Below are positions 19,662-27,148 of a stretch of DNA of 64,000 nucleotides, one piece after another (the stretch's first letter is position 1; each line of letters starts with the position of its first letter). The position numbers and the translations under genes are program-made. Under the pieces are notes generated by a model. That model was not told the DNA's origin, did not search any database, and saw only the letters and a program-made list of their open reading frames with translations. The DNA is from Candidatus Eiseniibacteriota bacterium. GTDB taxonomy: Bacteria > Eisenbacteria > RBG-16-71-46 > CAIMUX01 > VGJL01. Location: positions 96,001-160,000 of the forward strand of contig JBHGAY010000002.1 in assembly GCA_041946735.1 (NCBI GenBank), in the 5' to 3' direction.

Positions 19662-20681
19662 ATGATCGATCGCCGCGACCCGGCAGCCGCCCGCGGGCAG
19701 GCGCCCACGATCTCGACCTCCCTCTCTCGCCGCGTGCGCGGCCCGCTGTCGCTCGCTCTTCTCGCGGCCTCGCTCGTCGCGATTCTCGCCTGCGCGGCGC
19801 CCGCGCGCGCGCAGGTGGCCGGAGCGTTCCCGCATCTCGAGCCGTGGCCGGCCGCCCTCGCCCTCGGAGGCGCCGAGGAGGGGCTCGGGCGCGGAACGGA
19901 GGCGACGCTCGAGAATCCCGCCGGGATGCTGGCCGTCCCGGGCAAAGGTTTCGCCTTCTCGCACGCCTCGCTGTTCGAGGGCGGGCTCGTGCACCACCAG
20001 GCGGCGGCGATCTCCTGGGCGCGTTCGGCGAAGCGGATGCGCTGGCAAGGCTCGAACATCGTCACGGAGGCCGGCGAGGTGCGATCGGCGTGGGGCCTCG
20101 CGTTGACGAACCTCTCCGGCGATCTCCCGGGGAGCGACACCTACGGCGAGCTGCAAGTCGGCGTCGCCTACGCGCGCCGCCTTCCGCTCGCGATCGACGG
20201 CGGAATTCGCGTCCGCTTCCTGCAGGCGCGGAGCACCGTCGACGGCTCCGATGGAGGGGGCTACGCGCTCGACCTCGGCCTGTCCGGCGAGATCGCCGGC
20301 TTCCGCCTCGGAGGCGTCGCGCGCTCCTTCTTCTCCGACACGCGTTGGGACCGCTCGCTGGACGAGCCGCTCCCGGCCGGCTTCGACCTCGCGCTCGAGC
20401 GCCCGCTCGCCGGCGGCGTCTCGTCCCGCTTCGGCGCGACGATCCGCGAGAACGGGGAGCCGCAGCGGGTGACCGGCGGGGCGTCGTGGGACGTCCCGGG
20501 AATGCCGCTCGCCCTGCTCGGGGCCGCCTCGCTGCGCGATACGCGCGCCGAGAACCGCGTGGAGCCGTCGGCCGGCGCCACGTTCCGCGTCGGGATCTTC
20601 GCCGCCGCCTACGCGGTCCGCTTCGGTCCGGCCGGACTCGGCGAAATCCATCGCTTCAGCCTCCGCGTCGCAGTTCCCTGA
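19662..20681 (+). CDS. PorV/PorQ-like outer-membrane beta-barrel protein
   Basis: Signal peptide; ALALGGA...ENPAG N-terminal motif, GYALDLG, terminal HRFSL strand typical of PorV/UPF0164-like barrels. Confidence 0.65.
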   Translation: MIDRRDPAAARGQAPTISTSLSRRVRGPLSLALLAASLVAILACAAPARAQVAGAFPHLEPWPAALALGGAEEGLGRGTEATLENPAGMLAVPGKGFAFSHASLFEGGLVHHQAAAISWARSAKRMRWQGSNIVTEAGEVRSAWGLALTNLSGDLPGSDTYGELQVGVAYARRLPLAIDGGIRVRFLQARSTVDGSDGGGYALDLGLSGEIAGFRLGGVARSFFSDTRWDRSLDEPLPAGFDLALERPLAGGVSSRFGATIRENGEPQRVTGGASWDVPGMPLALLGAASLRDTRAENRVEPSAGATFRVGIFAAAYAVRFGPAGLGEIHRFSLRVAVP

Positions 20682-20683
20682 TC

Positions 20684-20761
20684 GCTCGGCCGGAGAGCTC
20701 GGCTGGAGAGCTCGGCTGGAGAGCTCGGCCGGAGCGCTCGGCCGGAGCGCTCGGCCGGAGC
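20684..20761. repeat. 13-bp tandem repeat GCTCGGCYGGAGM x6
   Basis: Direct reading; six consecutive units beginning 20684. Confidence 0.9.
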
Positions 20762-20989
20762 GCGGCGGGCCTCGGCCGCTCGGAGGCCGCAGGCCGGCGA
20801 CGCCGGCCGTTCGGCGTTGGCGGGGCGGCGCAATCCGGAAGCCGCGAGCCGGCGGAGTCGATCGATTGCCCCGCCGGAAGCGTGGTGATAGTGTGAGGAC
20901 CCTTGCGGCCGACGAGCGGGCGTCTCGGGGTTCCGATTGCCCGTCGGCTCTGAACCGTTCACCCTACCTCCCTCGGAGAAAACGCCCTG

Positions 20990-22951
20990 ATGGATGCGAC
21001 GTATCGGATTTCGATCCCCGTTCTCTATGGCATCGAGAACTGGGGCAGCGGTTACTTCGACGTCAACGCGGCCGGCCACCTGATGGTGAAGCCGTTCCGC
21101 TCGGGCCCCGGCGTCGACCTCTTCCAGGTCGTCGAGGAGCTGCGCAAACGCCGCTGTCCGACGCCCGTCCTGCTGCGCTTCCCTCAGGTGCTGGAGACGC
21201 AGATCCGTCATCTCCACCAGGCGTTCCAGAGCGCGATCACCGAGTTCCAGTACGGAGCCCGCTACCAGGGCGTGTTCCCGATGAAGGTCAACCACCGGCG
21301 AGACGTCGTGGAGGAGCTTCTTCGCGTCGGCAGCCGCTATGACTTCGGCATCGAGGTCGGCTCGAAGGCGGAGCTGTACATCGCCCTTTCGATCCCCCAG
21401 CCGGAGGACAGCCTGCTGATCTGCAACGGCTTCAAGGACGACTCGTTCATCGAGATGGCGTTCTGGGGACTGAAGACCGGCAAGCGCGTCGTGATCGTGA
21501 TCGAGCAGGTGCGTGAGATGTACGCCATCTTGAAGCGGATCGAGGAGACCGGGCTGGTCCCGACGCTCGGCCTGCGCGGGCGCCTCTACACGCGGGGCAG
21601 CGGCAAGTGGGAGGAGTCGGGAGGAGAGACGTCGAAGTTCGGGCTCTCGACCGTCGAGATGATCGACTGCCTGCGGATCCTCCAGGGGCGGGGACTCGAA
21701 GGGGCCCTCAAGATGCTCCACTTCCACATCGGCAGCCAGATCACCGACATCCGGAGGATCAAGGCGGCGGTGAAGGAGGCGAGCCGCGTCTACTCGAAGA
21801 TCCGGAAGATGAAGGTCCCGGTCGAGTACCTGAACGTCGGAGGCGGCCTCGGGGTCGACTACGACGGGTCGAAGACGCCCTCCGACTCGAGCGCGAACTA
21901 CACGGTGCAGGAGTTCGCGAACGACGTCGTCTACACGATCCGCGAGATCTGCGACGCGGAGGACGTGCCGGTGCCGACGATCGTCTCGGAGAGCGGGCGC
22001 GCGGTCACGGTCTATCACTCGATGCTGATCGTTTCCGCCGAGAACCGCTCGGACGCGAGCACGCTCACGCGCAACGAGATGATCAGCGCCGAGTCGGACA
22101 ACCAGGTTTTGCGTGAGCTGTTCGAAATCGCCCGCGACATCAGCGTGAAGAACTTCCGCGAGTACTACCACGACGCGCTGCAGCAGCGGGAGGAGCTGTT
22201 CACCCTCTTCGATCTCGGCTACATCGACCTGCTCGAGCGCGGGCGCGGCGAGGCTCTCTTCGAGGAGATCTGCACACGCGCGCTACGCTTCGCGAAGCAA
22301 ACGAACTACGTGAGCGACGAGTTCGACCTGCTCGAGAAGGCGCTCCGGAAGAAGTACGTCGCCAACTTCTCCGTCTTCCAGTCGGTCCCCGACTCGTGGA
22401 GCATCGGGCAGCTCTTTCCGGTCCTCCCGATCCACCGCCTGAACGAGTTCCCGACCGAGAACGGCATCCTGGTCGACCTCACCTGCGATTCCGACGGACA
22501 GATCGACAGTTTCGTCGACGTGAAGGACATCAAGGAGATCCTGGAGCTGCACCCGACGGTCAACGGCGGCCCGTACTACATCGCGATCACGCTTCTCGGC
22601 GCCTATCAGGACGTGATGGGGGACTTCCACAACCTGTTCGGATCGGTCAACGAGGCGCACGTCGTCGTCGACGAAAACGGGCGCCATCACATCAGGAAGA
22701 TCCTTCGGGGGAACTCGATCGAGGAGATGGCGCGGATCGCGGGCTTCGAGATCGAGGATCTGCAGAAGGAGTTCTCGTTCCGGATCGCGACCGGCGTGCG
22801 TCAGGGCCGCATGAGCGAAGCCGAGGGGGCGAGCCTGCTCGAGGCCTACCGGACGCGCGCCAGGGAATCGACCTATCTGAGCCCGTATCCACCAGCGGCC
22901 GAACAGCCGGCGGCCCCTTCGAACGGGAACTTCCGGCAGGCTGAGGCGTAG
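20990..22951 (+). CDS. speA: Biosynthetic arginine decarboxylase
   Basis: YGIENWGSGYF, GVFPMKVN, EVGSKAEL, HFHIGSQI, NVGGGLGVDYDG, DLTCDSDG, GAYQDVMGDFHNLFG. Confidence 0.95.
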   Translation: MDATYRISIPVLYGIENWGSGYFDVNAAGHLMVKPFRSGPGVDLFQVVEELRKRRCPTPVLLRFPQVLETQIRHLHQAFQSAITEFQYGARYQGVFPMKVNHRRDVVEELLRVGSRYDFGIEVGSKAELYIALSIPQPEDSLLICNGFKDDSFIEMAFWGLKTGKRVVIVIEQVREMYAILKRIEETGLVPTLGLRGRLYTRGSGKWEESGGETSKFGLSTVEMIDCLRILQGRGLEGALKMLHFHIGSQITDIRRIKAAVKEASRVYSKIRKMKVPVEYLNVGGGLGVDYDGSKTPSDSSANYTVQEFANDVVYTIREICDAEDVPVPTIVSESGRAVTVYHSMLIVSAENRSDASTLTRNEMISAESDNQVLRELFEIARDISVKNFREYYHDALQQREELFTLFDLGYIDLLERGRGEALFEEICTRALRFAKQTNYVSDEFDLLEKALRKKYVANFSVFQSVPDSWSIGQLFPVLPIHRLNEFPTENGILVDLTCDSDGQIDSFVDVKDIKEILELHPTVNGGPYYIAITLLGAYQDVMGDFHNLFGSVNEAHVVVDENGRHHIRKILRGNSIEEMARIAGFEIEDLQKEFSFRIATGVRQGRMSEAEGASLLEAYRTRARESTYLSPYPPAAEQPAAPSNGNFRQAEA

Positions 22952-22980
22952 AGGGAGCGTATCGACCTCTCGCTGCAGGG

Positions 22981-23020
22981 GCGGGGCGCTGCTTCCACCA
23001 GAGCGGCGCCCCGCTCTTTT
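22981..23020 (+). terminator. Intrinsic terminator of speA
   Basis: GCGGGGCGCTGCT-loop-AGCGGCGCCCCGC followed by TCTTTT. Confidence 0.75.
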
Positions 23021-23045
23021 CGTCTCCGGCCTGAGTCAGACCTGG

Positions 23046-23450
23046 TCAGAGGATCTGGCGCTCCGCCCAGCGGCCGAGATACGGGATCCGGTACCAGCGT
23101 CCCTGATGGGCTTGCCAGAGCAGGTAGATCCAGAGGACGAACAATCCCACCCGGAAGACGTAGAGGAGAGTCCCGTAGAGGAATCCCACGAACGGGAAGA
23201 AGGTGAGCAGCCACAGCGCGAACCAGACGAGGATCGCGACCGCCGTGGCGGCGATCGACTGGAGGCAGTGGAACTGCACGAACCGGTCCTCGCGCTTCCA
23301 GACGAGAAGGACCACGCCCGAAAATCCGGCGAGGGCATAGGCGAGCGCTGCATGCAGCCGCGAGGAGGGCAGCAGATCGAGCGAGGCGCCTCGCCCGCGC
23401 TCCCCCCCTTCCAGAACGTTCAGAGGATCCGCTCCCCGATCCGGTCCCAT
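23046..23450 (-). CDS. DUF4870-like small membrane protein
   Basis: AALAYAL, EDRFVQFHCLQSI, three TM segments, YRIPYLG; start uncertain. Confidence 0.8.
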   Translation of the reverse strand: MGPDRGADPLNVLEGGERGRGASLDLLPSSRLHAALAYALAGFSGVVLLVWKREDRFVQFHCLQSIAATAVAILVWFALWLLTFFPFVGFLYGTLLYVFRVGLFVLWIYLLWQAHQGRWYRIPYLGRWAERQIL

Positions 23451-24121
23451 CGTATCCGCCTCCAGACCGACTTGGCGTCGTTCGGCTCGAGCGACCAGTA
23501 GACCGCCATCGCCTTCCCTATCACGAGGCGGCGGTCGAGGAAACCCCAGACGCGCGAGTCGGAGCTGTTGTCGCGGTTGTCCCCGAGCATGAACAGGTGG
23601 TTCGCGGGGACCCGCACCGGACCGTAGTCGTCGAACGCCGCGGCGTGGCGCGCCGGGTCGATCTTACCCCCCGGCGGCAGGCTCACCCGCTTCCCGTCCA
23701 CGTAGAGGACCTTGTCGCGGATCGTCACCATCTGCCCGCCCACCGCTACGCAGCGCTTGATGAAGGTGGCTCCGTCCTCGTTCGGCGAGCGGAAGATCAG
23801 AATCTCGCCCGCGCGCGGCTCGCGAAGCGCCGGAGTACGGAGCCCGATCAGCGGCAACCGCGTGCCGTAGAGGAACTTGTTCGCGACGACGCGATCCCCG
23901 GGAAGGATCGTCTCCTCCATCGAGCCCGATGGGATCTTGAACGCCTCGACGACCGAGACGCGGATGAGCAGCGCCAAACCGACGGCCAGCAGGACGGTCC
24001 GGACGTACGGGAGGGCGAGGTGGTTCGCGGAGCGCCGGATCGGACGGGGGAGGAGGTTAGGATCCGAAGCAGGGTCTTCAGCTGGGAACGAAGCGGGAAA
24101 GAGTGGTGAACGACTCGACAT
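23420..24121 (-). CDS. lepB: Signal peptidase I
   Basis: IPSGSMEETILPGD (Ser), FIKRCVA (Lys), MLGDNRDNSSDSRVWG. Confidence 0.95.
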   Translation of the reverse strand: MSSRSPLFPASFPAEDPASDPNLLPRPIRRSANHLALPYVRTVLLAVGLALLIRVSVVEAFKIPSGSMEETILPGDRVVANKFLYGTRLPLIGLRTPALREPRAGEILIFRSPNEDGATFIKRCVAVGGQMVTIRDKVLYVDGKRVSLPPGGKIDPARHAAAFDDYGPVRVPANHLFMLGDNRDNSSDSRVWGFLDRRLVIGKAMAVYWSLEPNDAKSVWRRIRWDRIGERIL

Positions 24122-24127
24122 GACACC

Positions 24128-24136
24128 AAGTTAGCA
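24128..24136 (-). promoter_or_regulatory. Extended -10 promoter (TGcTAACTT) for a probably leaderless lepB mRNA
   Basis: TGnTAnnnT lies 6 nt before the lepB ATG; no SD sequence present. Confidence 0.45.
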
Positions 24137-24158
24137 TGAACCGGACGAAGCAAGGGGG

Positions 24159-24464
24159 AGATCGTTCGGGACTGCTGCGCCGGCCACGGGGCGAACAGGA
24201 AGAGAGCCGCCGGAATCACTCCAGCGACTCTCTTCGGAGGTTCGGCCGCTTGCCCCAGGTTCGGTCTCCGGAACCCATCTAGCCACGCCGTGGGTCAACG
24301 ATGAATTCCGGCGACCGAAGCATCTGCAGGTTCGCAGCCAGAATCGGGGATCGGGGGCCCGCCGGTCACGGAAGCAACCTTCGGTTCCGGCATTCGCCGG
24401 CATCCGGATTGCGCTTCTGCCGGGGTTGGGAAACAGTCCGTACCCAGCGAGCGTCCCGATCTGC
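24159..24464 (-). ncRNA. Candidate structured non-coding RNA (~305 nt), family unknown
   Basis: Long terminal stem (24438-24459 with 24166-24189), internal 16-bp and ~20-bp hairpins with G-U pairs valid only on the minus strand, no credible ORF, 5' end at the predicted sigma54 +1. Confidence 0.6.
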
Positions 24465-24474
24465 CGCTCCTATG

Positions 24475-24490
24475 AGCAGCCGGCATGCCA
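24475..24490 (-). promoter_or_regulatory. Sigma54 (-24/-12) promoter TGGCATGCCGGCTGCT
   Basis: GG and GC dinucleotides at the canonical spacing; close match to TGGCACG-N4-TTGCW. Confidence 0.6.
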
Positions 24491-24670
24491 GAACGGGTTG
24501 AACTCCCCGAAGGTTGTTAACTCTATTGCGGATCAAGAGGATAGGAGGTCGTCGCCGCCGCTCGAGCGCGCGAAGGTCGAGGAGGGCTCGCGATGTCGGA
24601 GGCTGGCGCGGTTCCCGGCGGGCGACGCCGCGCGCCCTCCGCCTGTAAACGGTTGTCCTGACAAGGCTTG

Positions 24671-24695
24671 GTGGTGGTTCCACCGGTACCACCAC
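24671..24695. promoter_or_regulatory. Palindrome GTGGTGGT-N9-ACCACCAC, putative enhancer-binding-protein site
   Basis: Perfect 8-bp inverted repeat ~210-230 bp upstream of the sigma54 start. Confidence 0.4.
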
Positions 24696-24762
24696 TTCGG
24701 CACCGGTGGTCGCAACTTCACTCACTCCCTTTCAGGAAAGAGGAACGCGATTCGCGTGGCGC

Positions 24763-24791
24763 AAAGAAAAGCCCCCGGACGACCGGGGGCT
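24763..24791 (-). terminator. Intrinsic terminator downstream of the outer-membrane protein gene
   Basis: Stem AGCCCCCGG/CCGGGGGCT followed on the minus strand by TTTTCTTT. Confidence 0.8.
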
Positions 24792-24858
24792 CGTTCGAGC
24801 GCGGATTGCCGGACCCGCGGGCGTCGCGAGCGGACCCGCGGCGACCCGGCGGCGCCTG

Positions 24859-26334
24859 TCAGAGGCTCAGACCGGCGGTCAGCCTCAGCATTGCCACGCG
24901 GCGGTCGACATCGACGACCGTGGACTGCGGGTTGATGAAGGGATCGCCGGGCGACTCGTAATAGAACTTCCTCAGCTTGTAGTCGACGATCTCGTAGGCC
25001 ACGTCATAGCGAAGATTGCCCGTCTCGAATCCGAGACCGAACGTGAAGGAGTCGGTGTCGATGTCGCCTCCCGCCCACTGGTCCGGATCCGGGCCGCCGT
25101 TGAGCTTCGCGACGGACAACGGTCCTCTGTGATATCCGATCCGCAGGGGAAGGTCGATTTGCTTGAACCGCAGCCAACGTCCCTCGGCTCCAATGTGGAA
25201 GCTCGTGACGTCGCGAAGCGGAAGCGACGGGTTCGATTCCATCCCCAGGAAATCCTCCCGGTACTCGATCTTCGTCTCCGACCAGTTCTGGCGGTTCACC
25301 TCGACCGCCACCCGCACCTGTGGGATAGGCTGGAACCAGCCGCCGATCGACAGGAGCGCCGGGACGTCCATGTCGTAGCCCGCGATCCTCCCGAAGATGC
25401 GCTGCTGCGGAGCGCCGGGAGCACTGAGAACGAGGTAGTCCAGCCGGCCGCCGGTCACCTCCACCGTGTAGCCGGGCGTGAACCGCACGCCGATCCCGCC
25501 GAAGTTCGGGCGCCGCGCCTGGATGCCCAGGTCGGCCGAGATGCCTCGATAGCGATAGCGCGTCTTCAGGTATCCGCCCGCCGAGTTCGCGCCTCCGGTC
25601 GCGACGATCGACTCGATCTTCGAGCTGAGGCGGCCGGTCAGGTAGTTCAAGTTCGCCCCGACCGACACCACATCGGGGATCAACTGCGCGGCGGCGGAGG
25701 CGGAGGCCGCGTCGACGCCTCCCTCTTCCTTGCCATCGACCGCGAGAGTCACCGGGAAGGCGAGCCCTTCGCCGAAGACAAGATCCGAGACGATCTCCTC
25801 CGGATAGGACGTGTCGAGGTAGCGGCGGAAGCTGATCGCGCCGGCGACCGGACGCCCGAGCAGCTCGCCCGAGATCCCCGCGCCGAGCATGTTGCCCCGG
25901 AGGTTCGACTTCAGATTGACGTCGTACCGCTGCACGGCGAGCAGCGGCGAGTTGGGAATATTGAACGTGTCGGGATATCCCGAGGTCGAGCCCGAGGATC
26001 GGATCCAGCGAAGGTCGCCGGTCACGTTCGGGCGCTGGAGCCATCCCAGCCCGGCCGGGTTCCACGAGATCGCCTGCAGATCGGTGGCCTCGCCGACGTA
26101 GGCGCCACCCATTCCATGACCCACCGCGCTCGCGCGCACTCCGGTCATGTCGAGCGGCCGGAAGACGAGCGACGGCTGGAGCGTCTCCAGCGTGGCGATC
26201 CCGATCGTGCCGAGGTCGGTCTCGACCAACTGTGCGGAGACCGGCGAGGGCATGAGAGCCGCGGCGCAGGCGACGAGAGCGAGCGCGAAGATGGCCGGGG
26301 CTGCGAGACGACGAACGACACCCACTCCTCTCAT
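24859..26334 (-). CDS. FadL/OmpP1-like outer-membrane beta-barrel
   Basis: Signal peptide; GVRASAVGHGMGGAYVG...AISWNPAGL N-terminal motif; amphipathic strands; start MRGVGVV at 26334. Confidence 0.75.
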   Translation of the reverse strand: MRGVGVVRRLAAPAIFALALVACAAALMPSPVSAQLVETDLGTIGIATLETLQPSLVFRPLDMTGVRASAVGHGMGGAYVGEATDLQAISWNPAGLGWLQRPNVTGDLRWIRSSGSTSGYPDTFNIPNSPLLAVQRYDVNLKSNLRGNMLGAGISGELLGRPVAGAISFRRYLDTSYPEEIVSDLVFGEGLAFPVTLAVDGKEEGGVDAASASAAAQLIPDVVSVGANLNYLTGRLSSKIESIVATGGANSAGGYLKTRYRYRGISADLGIQARRPNFGGIGVRFTPGYTVEVTGGRLDYLVLSAPGAPQQRIFGRIAGYDMDVPALLSIGGWFQPIPQVRVAVEVNRQNWSETKIEYREDFLGMESNPSLPLRDVTSFHIGAEGRWLRFKQIDLPLRIGYHRGPLSVAKLNGGPDPDQWAGGDIDTDSFTFGLGFETGNLRYDVAYEIVDYKLRKFYYESPGDPFINPQSTVVDVDRRVAMLRLTAGLSL

Positions 26335-26798
26335 GACCTCTCCCCCAGGAGCAGCGTCACGATGACGGCCCCTGTCGTCCAGAAGCTCGCCGAGCGAGCG
26401 GTCCGCGCGATGTCGAAACGCACCTGGTCCACGTTGGTGATGTCGCTCTTCAGCAGCATCTTGTCGGGAGCGGGAGGCTCGAGCGAGACGCGGGCGTTCT
26501 CGAGACGCGAGACCTGCTTCTCGACCCCGTCCGCGTCGCGGATCGGGACGAGTCCGGTGAGGACGATCTTCTGGTCGTCGACCTCCTTCACCTTGCCTTC
26601 CGAGACGACCCGGGGCTCGCGGAGCACGACGTTCTGGCCCGGAGCGATCCGGCCCTCGATCTGCTCTCCGGTCCTGAAGGTCAACACGACGCGCTGATGC
26701 TCGTCGTACGTCAGATCCTCGACCGGAACGCGCTTCGCGCAGCCGAGCGCAAGCAGGAAACATCCGATCATGGCCAAGAGCCACGGGACTCGTTTCAT
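26331..26798 (-). CDS. Lipoprotein of unknown function
   Basis: MKRVPWLLAMIGCFLLALGC lipobox; stop overlaps the barrel start (ATGA). Confidence 0.75.
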   Translation of the reverse strand: MKRVPWLLAMIGCFLLALGCAKRVPVEDLTYDEHQRVVLTFRTGEQIEGRIAPGQNVVLREPRVVSEGKVKEVDDQKIVLTGLVPIRDADGVEKQVSRLENARVSLEPPAPDKMLLKSDITNVDQVRFDIARTARSASFWTTGAVIVTLLLGERS

Positions 26799-26940
26799 TG
26801 CGTCTCTCCGAGGTCGGCAGGTGACGTCCGGGAAACGAGGGGGGTCTGACGACCTTGCAGCATCCCCAACAGCCACGCCTCCAACCACACCTTGTGCCCG
26901 GATCCCCCGGCGGATCCGAAGCCGGTCATCCAACGCCGCG

Positions 26941-26969
26941 ACTCTAGGAGAACGGGGGGCGAACGTCAA
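26941..26969 (-). promoter_or_regulatory. Sigma70-type promoter TTGACG-N17-TAGAGT
   Basis: Near-consensus hexamers at 17-bp spacing, upstream of the lipoprotein-barrel operon. Confidence 0.6.
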
Positions 26970-26993
26970 GGGGGAGGCCCGGCGGCCTCCCCC
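26970..26993 (-). terminator. Hairpin downstream of glnA (GGGGGAGGCC-N4-GGCCTCCCCC)
   Basis: Perfect 10-bp stem, short U tract only. Confidence 0.5.
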
Positions 26994-27148
26994 GCAAGCT
27001 CAAATCCCGAAAGGCACCTACGGCGCTGCGGCTGCTTCCCTCCGGCTCCCCTGTCTGGCCTCCGGCCGCCGATCCTCCGGCCGCCGATCCGCGGCGCCTG
27101 GATCCGCAGCGCCTGCTGGATCCGCAGCGCCTGCTGGCCCCGCAGTCC

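Noticed and set aside
24159..24464. RNase P RNA, tmRNA, SRP RNA, 6S RNA or c-di-AMP/c-di-GMP riboswitch
   Set aside because: No GAGGAAAGUCC, no GGGG...CCACCA tRNA-like ends, the GGAAGCAAC on the plus strand lacks SRP helix-8 spacing, it is too long and branched for 6S, and riboswitch cores are not recognisable by eye. An Rfam scan is still needed.
24131..24961. Short ORFs in the lepB upstream gap (e.g. 24131-24403, 24366-24725, 24426-24935)
   Set aside because: No recognisable motifs or convincing RBS; they overlap promoter, terminator and RNA stems.
27059..27145. 15- and 18-bp tandem repeats after glnA as a functional element
   Set aside because: Only 2-3 copies each; consistent with the general slippage pattern, as is the ~12-bp repeat near 50111-50157.
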